Part shown: one piece after another, positions 59,468 to 64,000 of the stretch
Layout: the number at the start of each line of letters is the position of its first letter
Numbering within the stretch: position 1 is the first letter of the stretch
Assembly (NCBI GenBank): GCA_947482665.1
Contig: CANKJK010000012.1
Span: forward strand, 1,114 to 65,113
Direction of reading: 5' to 3'
DNA from: Acidobacteriota bacterium
GTDB taxonomy: Bacteria; Acidobacteriota; Vicinamibacteria; Vicinamibacterales; UBA2999
DNA length: 64,000 bases
Program-made: the position numbers and the translations under genes
Notes under the pieces: model-generated
The model's input: the letters and a program-made list of their open reading frames with translations, nothing else
What the model was told of the DNA's origin: nothing
Databases searched by the model: none

Positions 59468-59557
59468 GGAGAGATGTCCGAGTGGTTGAAGGAGCACGCT
59501 TGGAAAGCGTGTGTAGGGGAAACTCTACCGTGGGTTCGAATCCCACTCTCTCCGCCA
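59468..59557 (+). tRNA. tRNA-Ser (anticodon GGA)
   Basis: Acceptor GGAGAGA/TCTCTCC. Anticodon stem CACGC/GCGTG with loop TTGGAAA. Long variable arm. GGTTCGAATCC T-loop. The 3' CCA is encoded. Confidence 0.9.
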
Positions 59558-59704
59558 TTTCTACAACCGATTCTCGCGGAACCGCTGAGCGGGAATCACA
59601 ATCCAGCAGCACATGCCGCGCAAGGCGACCGTCGACGGCGGCAGCGCCGGGCCGACGGTCACCTCCCGTAGTGGTCGCGACGATTCAGGATGTCCGCAAT
59701 TGGA

Positions 59705-61531
59705 CTAGACGAACTGAATCAGGAACGGGCTGCCATTCACATCGAGGGCGTTGACGTCATTGACGACCTGCACCGAGGTTTCGCAATTCCCAACGATCTG
59801 CCCGGCGAAGGTGAAATTGGCCAAACCCGGAGCGGCCTGACTGAAGGCGAGCGGTATCAGGGGATAGCCATTGGTCGAAAACGCCACGAAGTTGTCGTGG
59901 AAGTTCAGGACGGGGTTGCCGGATGCGTCGTTCATGGTGAAAACGAAGGTGTTGGCGATGCCAGTCGGGTCGCTCAGGTCGTTAGTAATGACGCACAAGG
60001 GGCCATAGCAGCTGTTCAGGACGAAGATGTTGCTGTAGGGCGAGTTCAAGATGGGGACGCCGTTCACCGTGATCGTCAGCGTCACGTTCTCAACGGTGAG
60101 GGGAAGGTAATAGCAGTTATACAGGCCGTTGCCTTGGTCGATGATCTCGACGGGAAACTGGGTCGACGCGGTCGTCGCCGTCGCGGCGACGACGGTGCCC
60201 GGCTCGTATAACACGTTGCTGTGCTGATCGACGGTGGTCACCACGAAATACGCCTTGTAGAACTGGTTCGCCGAGGTGAGGCCCACGCCGTCGGCGAAGC
60301 AGAGTGACGGCGTCAGCACCTGCGACACCACGCTGTCTACGACCATGGTCGCGCCCGAGCCGACGAGCGGCCGGCCGAAGATCGACGCGTCGATGACGTA
60401 CGTGCCCGCCGCCTCCGCGCTGAACGAGTACGTGTAGGTGCCGTTCTGGTTGTCCACGCCCGTCACCAGCACCGGCAGGTTGTTCGGCCCGGTGACGATC
60501 ACGTTGAACAGATCCGTGCCTTCGCCCGCCGTGACGGGCGTGCCCGCGAGCGTCACGCCCTGGATCGTCACCGCGACGGTGCCGCCGAGGGACGCCGTGG
60601 CCGGCACGCTGACCGTGGACCGGTCGCTCGCCAGGAACGACGCGAACGCAAACGGCGACCCCACGATGGCGTGGCCATTGACGGTCACCGTCGTCGCGTA
60701 CAGCCCCGTCTGCGTGATGCCGTCGGTCTGGCCTGTGTACGTGCCGTCACCCTGGTCGGTCATCAGCACCGTGAACGGTGTGAACCCGGCCGGTCCCGAC
60801 GTCACGCGCACGGCAACGGTGTCGCCGCCGGTCGTCAGGTTGTTCCCGGCCGCGTCGCGGGCCTGGACGGCGACGTCGAACGGCGTGTTGACCGTGCCCT
60901 GGGTGACCAGTTCGCCGGTCGCCGTCGACGCATCGCTCGCAACCGGTATCGTCCCCACCGTGACGGTGAACGGCGAGTCCATGATCTCGCGGCCGGCGTG
61001 CTTGATGTGCAGCGTGTACACGCCGTTCTTCGGGCATGTGTACGTCAACAGGTAGGTGCCGTTGCCGTTGTCGGTCCAGCGGGTCTTGACGTGTCCGTGG
61101 CCGACGATGTGTGCCCTGAACCTTCCGCCACCGACGTTGATCGGCTGGTTGTAGATGTTGTACGCGCGGACGAGCACCGTCGCCGGCATACCCTTGTAGG
61201 CAATCGACGTGGCTCCGCTCGCCGTGCAGTTCGGGCCGTAGATGATGGTGGCCTTCGAGGGCCGCTTCCTCTTGGGCGGCGCCGGAGGCTTGGGCGCCGC
61301 GGCCGCGGCAAGGCTCGTCGCACCCTCCGATGCCAGCAGGACCGCGCCGGCGGCCGCCAGGCGGAAGAGATCGCGCCGCGGGATACCGGGCTGGTTGCTG
61401 GCGTCCGTGGAGGATTTCTCCCGCGGTGATTCCCGGTCGATGTGCTGGTCGTGGTTATCGGTTGGCACGGTCAACGCTCCGTTCTCTGGCGCACCCATTT
61501 GCGAAGGCCGCAGTATAGGCGAGCGCGACAC
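59705..61531 (-). CDS. Tat-signal secreted protein made of about five filamin/ABP280-type Ig repeats
   Basis: RRDLFRLAAAGAVLLA twin-arginine region. Repeat signatures DNGNGTYLLTY...GVYTLHIKHAGREIMDSPFTVTV, DQGDGTYTG...VNGHAIVGSPFAF, DNQNGTYTYSF...IFGRPLVGS, DQGNGLYNCYY...VNGVPILNSPY, and ...LDVNGSPFLIQF. An alternative start is at M12. Confidence 0.7.
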   Translation of the reverse strand: MSRSPILRPSQMGAPENGALTVPTDNHDQHIDRESPREKSSTDASNQPGIPRRDLFRLAAAGAVLLASEGATSLAAAAAPKPPAPPKRKRPSKATIIYGPNCTASGATSIAYKGMPATVLVRAYNIYNQPINVGGGRFRAHIVGHGHVKTRWTDNGNGTYLLTYTCPKNGVYTLHIKHAGREIMDSPFTVTVGTIPVASDASTATGELVTQGTVNTPFDVAVQARDAAGNNLTTGGDTVAVRVTSGPAGFTPFTVLMTDQGDGTYTGQTDGITQTGLYATTVTVNGHAIVGSPFAFASFLASDRSTVSVPATASLGGTVAVTIQGVTLAGTPVTAGEGTDLFNVIVTGPNNLPVLVTGVDNQNGTYTYSFSAEAAGTYVIDASIFGRPLVGSGATMVVDSVVSQVLTPSLCFADGVGLTSANQFYKAYFVVTTVDQHSNVLYEPGTVVAATATTASTQFPVEIIDQGNGLYNCYYLPLTVENVTLTITVNGVPILNSPYSNIFVLNSCYGPLCVITNDLSDPTGIANTFVFTMNDASGNPVLNFHDNFVAFSTNGYPLIPLAFSQAAPGLANFTFAGQIVGNCETSVQVVNDVNALDVNGSPFLIQFV

Positions 61532-61644
61532 AGTACCGGGAGCCCGGTATTTCCAGCGCGCCGGATGATGGCGGATGCTCCGAACGCCCTCGGCGTACGA
61601 CCAACGGGCGGGATGGCAGTGTGTGTGGGTACGGAGGGTGTGTG

Positions 61645-63906
61645 GTGCGACCGCGTGTGATCTCAGTGATGGCCGGGCTGCTGTTGGCCTGGGCCGGTGA
61701 GGCTCCTGGCCAGAGCATCACCGCCCAGGCGGGCGCGGCGGCCACAGCCACCACGGTGCACGTGCCGCCCCCCGCACTGCCAGAGGTGATGGCCCGAGAC
61801 GGTGAGGGGCACGCCACGATGCGCGCCGTCCGGTTGACGGGCCCGATCAAGGTGGATGGGCGTCTGGATGAAGCGGTCTACACGGCCGTCAAGGGCGCGA
61901 CCGACTTCACCCAGCTCGAGCCGGTGCCATGGACGCGCGCCACGGAGCAGACCTTCGTCTGGCTGTTCTACGACGACGACGCGATCTACTTCGCCGCGCG
62001 GTGCATGGACAGCCAGCCCGGGAAGTCCCTGACGACGGACATGCGCAGGGACAGCGCGGGGGTCGTGGGTGGCGACTACGTCGGCTTCATCCTCGACACG
62101 CTGCACGACCGCCGCAGCGGCGTGCTGATCAACGTCAGCCCGATCGGGGGCCGCCGGGACGGACTCGTCACCGAGGAGAAGAACTTCAACGTCGACTGGA
62201 ACGGCGTGTTTGAGTCGGCCACGGCCCCATTCGACGGTGGCTGGGTGGCAGAGATCCGCGTCCCGTTCCGGACCTTGCGGTATCGGCAGGGGGCCGGTCA
62301 GGTGTGGGGCTTCAACGTACACCGGGTGGTGCGTTGGAAGAACGAGAAGTCCTTTCTGATGCCGATGAAGGGCCTCACCGCGGGGGGCGCATTGATGCGG
62401 CTCTCGATGGCCGCGGATGTCGTCGGCATCGAGGTGCCACCGCCGGGGAAGAACATCGAGATCAAGCCGTATGGGGTGTCGACGTTGACGGACGTGGCGC
62501 GGCCGACGGCCTCGACGAAGGTCAGTGGCGACGTGGGCGTGGACGCCAAGATCGGCGTGGCCGAAGGCCTGACAGCCGACCTGACCTACAACACGGATTT
62601 CGCGCAGGTCGAGGCCGACGAACAGCAGATCAACCTCACCCGCTTCAGTCTCTTCTTTCCGGAGAAGCGGGAGTTCTTCATCGAGAACGCCGGCCTCTTC
62701 GCCTTCGCCAACGCCACCGGGAGTAGCTCCCTCACGCCGCTCCTGTTCTATAGCCGTCGCATCGGACTGGACGGGAACCGGATCGTGCCGCTCCGGGCGG
62801 GTGGGCGTCTGAGCGGCCGTGCTGGGCGGTTCACCCTTGGAGGGTTGGGCATCACGACCGAGCCTGCCAACGGCGCACCGGCCACGACGTTCTCGGTGTT
62901 GCGCGTGCAACGGGACATCCTCCGGCGCAGCAGCCTCGGCGCCATCGTCACCAATCGTTCGCGTGCGCAGAGTGGCCCCGGCTCGAATCAGGCGTATGGC
63001 GCGGACGCCGCGCTGGCCTTCTTCACCAACCTGACGGCGAGCGCCTACTGGGCACAAACGCGGACTGATGGCGAGACGTCCGGCGCGAAGAGCTATCGCG
63101 CACAGATGCTCTACGACTCCGACCGGTACGGCCTGCAGGCCGAGCACCTGTTGATCGGGGAGCGCTTCAGCCCGCAGGTCGGCTTCGTCAGTCGGCCCAA
63201 CATGCGGCGGAACTTTCTGGACGCCCGCTTCAGCCCGCGCACGAAGGGTCGCCGGGCGGTGCGGAAGTACTGGTGGACGGGGAACTACGACCGCATCGCC
63301 TCGGCGTCCGGGCGCCTGGAGAGCCGGACGGTGCACGCGGACTTCGAGTCGGAGTATCACAGCGGGGATCGCCTGGGCGTCTACTACGACCGGCACTACG
63401 AGTTCCTACCGGCGCCGTTCCGGATCGCCACGGGCGTCACGCTGCCGGTCGGCGGCTATGCCTTTGACAACGTCCGCGCCAGCTATGCCTTCGGTCAGCA
63501 GCGCGTGGTCGCAGGTACGGTCTTCGTCGAGCGGGGCAGCTTCTACAGCGGCGACAAGACGACGATTGGCGTGAGCGGCGGCCGCGTAGCGATTTCGCCG
63601 TTGCTCTCCGTGTCCCCGGGCGTGTCGGTGAACCATGTGACGCTCCCCCAGGGCACGTTCACGAACCGCCTCGTGACCACGCGGGTCGTGTACACCGTGA
63701 CGCCCTTGATGTTCACGAGCGCGCTCATCCAGTACAACTCCGCCTCCAACAGCCTGACGGCGAATGTCCGATTTCGCTGGGAGTATCAGCCCGGCAGCGA
63801 GATGTTCATCGTCTACAACGAAGAGCGGGACCCGCGCCTGGGCGGCTTTCCCGCACTGCTCAATCGCGGCATCATCGTGAAGATCAACCGGCTCTTCCGG
63901 TTCTGA
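61645..63906 (+). CDS. DUF5916-family outer-membrane protein with N-terminal CBM9-like domain (copy 3)
   Basis: GGAGG at 61633-61637 precedes the GTG at 61645. Signal VRPRVISVMAGLLLAWAGEAPG. IKVDGRLDEAVY...DWNGVF...GGWVAEIRVPFRTLRY. LTYNTDFAQVEADEQQINLTRFSLFFPEKREFFIEN. C-terminal IIVKINRLFRF. Confidence 0.75.
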   Translation: MRPRVISVMAGLLLAWAGEAPGQSITAQAGAAATATTVHVPPPALPEVMARDGEGHATMRAVRLTGPIKVDGRLDEAVYTAVKGATDFTQLEPVPWTRATEQTFVWLFYDDDAIYFAARCMDSQPGKSLTTDMRRDSAGVVGGDYVGFILDTLHDRRSGVLINVSPIGGRRDGLVTEEKNFNVDWNGVFESATAPFDGGWVAEIRVPFRTLRYRQGAGQVWGFNVHRVVRWKNEKSFLMPMKGLTAGGALMRLSMAADVVGIEVPPPGKNIEIKPYGVSTLTDVARPTASTKVSGDVGVDAKIGVAEGLTADLTYNTDFAQVEADEQQINLTRFSLFFPEKREFFIENAGLFAFANATGSSSLTPLLFYSRRIGLDGNRIVPLRAGGRLSGRAGRFTLGGLGITTEPANGAPATTFSVLRVQRDILRRSSLGAIVTNRSRAQSGPGSNQAYGADAALAFFTNLTASAYWAQTRTDGETSGAKSYRAQMLYDSDRYGLQAEHLLIGERFSPQVGFVSRPNMRRNFLDARFSPRTKGRRAVRKYWWTGNYDRIASASGRLESRTVHADFESEYHSGDRLGVYYDRHYEFLPAPFRIATGVTLPVGGYAFDNVRASYAFGQQRVVAGTVFVERGSFYSGDKTTIGVSGGRVAISPLLSVSPGVSVNHVTLPQGTFTNRLVTTRVVYTVTPLMFTSALIQYNSASNSLTANVRFRWEYQPGSEMFIVYNEERDPRLGGFPALLNRGIIVKINRLFRF

Positions 63907-64000
63907 CGCACGGCGATCCGGCTGTCGCCACCTCCGTAATCGTCGCTTGCTCCTCAGGCGGGCACATGCTCGAATGCTCGGATGCTCACCCGTGTTCTGA

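Noticed and set aside
59349-61644. A genomic island integrated at tRNA-Ser(GGA), and likewise at tRNA-Ser(CGA) at 43920.
   Set aside because: No integrase or recombinase gene is present. I could find no direct repeat of the tRNA 3' end downstream (checked by eye in 61500-61650 and 44011-44144). Only the compositional anomaly of the filamin-repeat gene remains, and it is reported separately.

Overview
High-GC chromosomal segment from a diderm bacterium. A hand-counted 100-nt sample at 30001-30100 gave 77 G+C. I found about 60 protein genes and 2 tRNA-Ser genes. I found no rRNA, CRISPR array, transposase, integrase or prophage genes. The DUF1592/DUF1552 pair, the DUF5916 barrels and the signal-peptide ankyrin proteins suggest an Acidobacteriota- or Planctomycetota-like lineage, but that is inference only. 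In order, the window contains: a 5'-truncated PQQ dehydrogenase; a metal-uptake cluster (small CxxCH protein, coiled-coil OM barrel, ZnuA-like and ZnuB-like genes, no ATPase); a VOC-fold protein and a RodZ-like protein; a PAS gene overlapping a soluble MCP gene; a 2.4-kb patch of damaged genes (frameshifted sigma-54 activator, DUF5916 stub, allophanate-hydrolase C-terminal stub); an RND efflux operon with a TetR gene; a 466-aa unknown protein; a second PQQ dehydrogenase; a translationally coupled three-gene operon of unknowns; a 10-kb co-directional array bracketed by two DUF5916/CBM9-like OM paralogues, with a thiol-redox-like module and an HTTM-like membrane protein inside; two ankyrin paralogues flanking a divergent beta-carbonic-anhydrase-like gene; a DUF1592/DUF1552 pair; a housekeeping block (tadA, tRNA-Ser, PPIase, TrmH-like, rhomboid, ilvD, pheA, ilvC, ilvN, ubiX, aldo-keto reductase); a Phd/zeta-like toxin-antitoxin pair; a 15-bp tandem repeat; ArnT-like and GT-like genes; and a second tRNA-Ser followed by a Tat-signal filamin-repeat protein and a third DUF5916 gene. 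The best candidates for an undescribed system are the DUF5916-bracketed array (23854-33905) and the ankyrin / CA-like / DUF1592-DUF1552 neighbourhood (34025-42593). All family assignments come from motif recognition by eye, not from searches.
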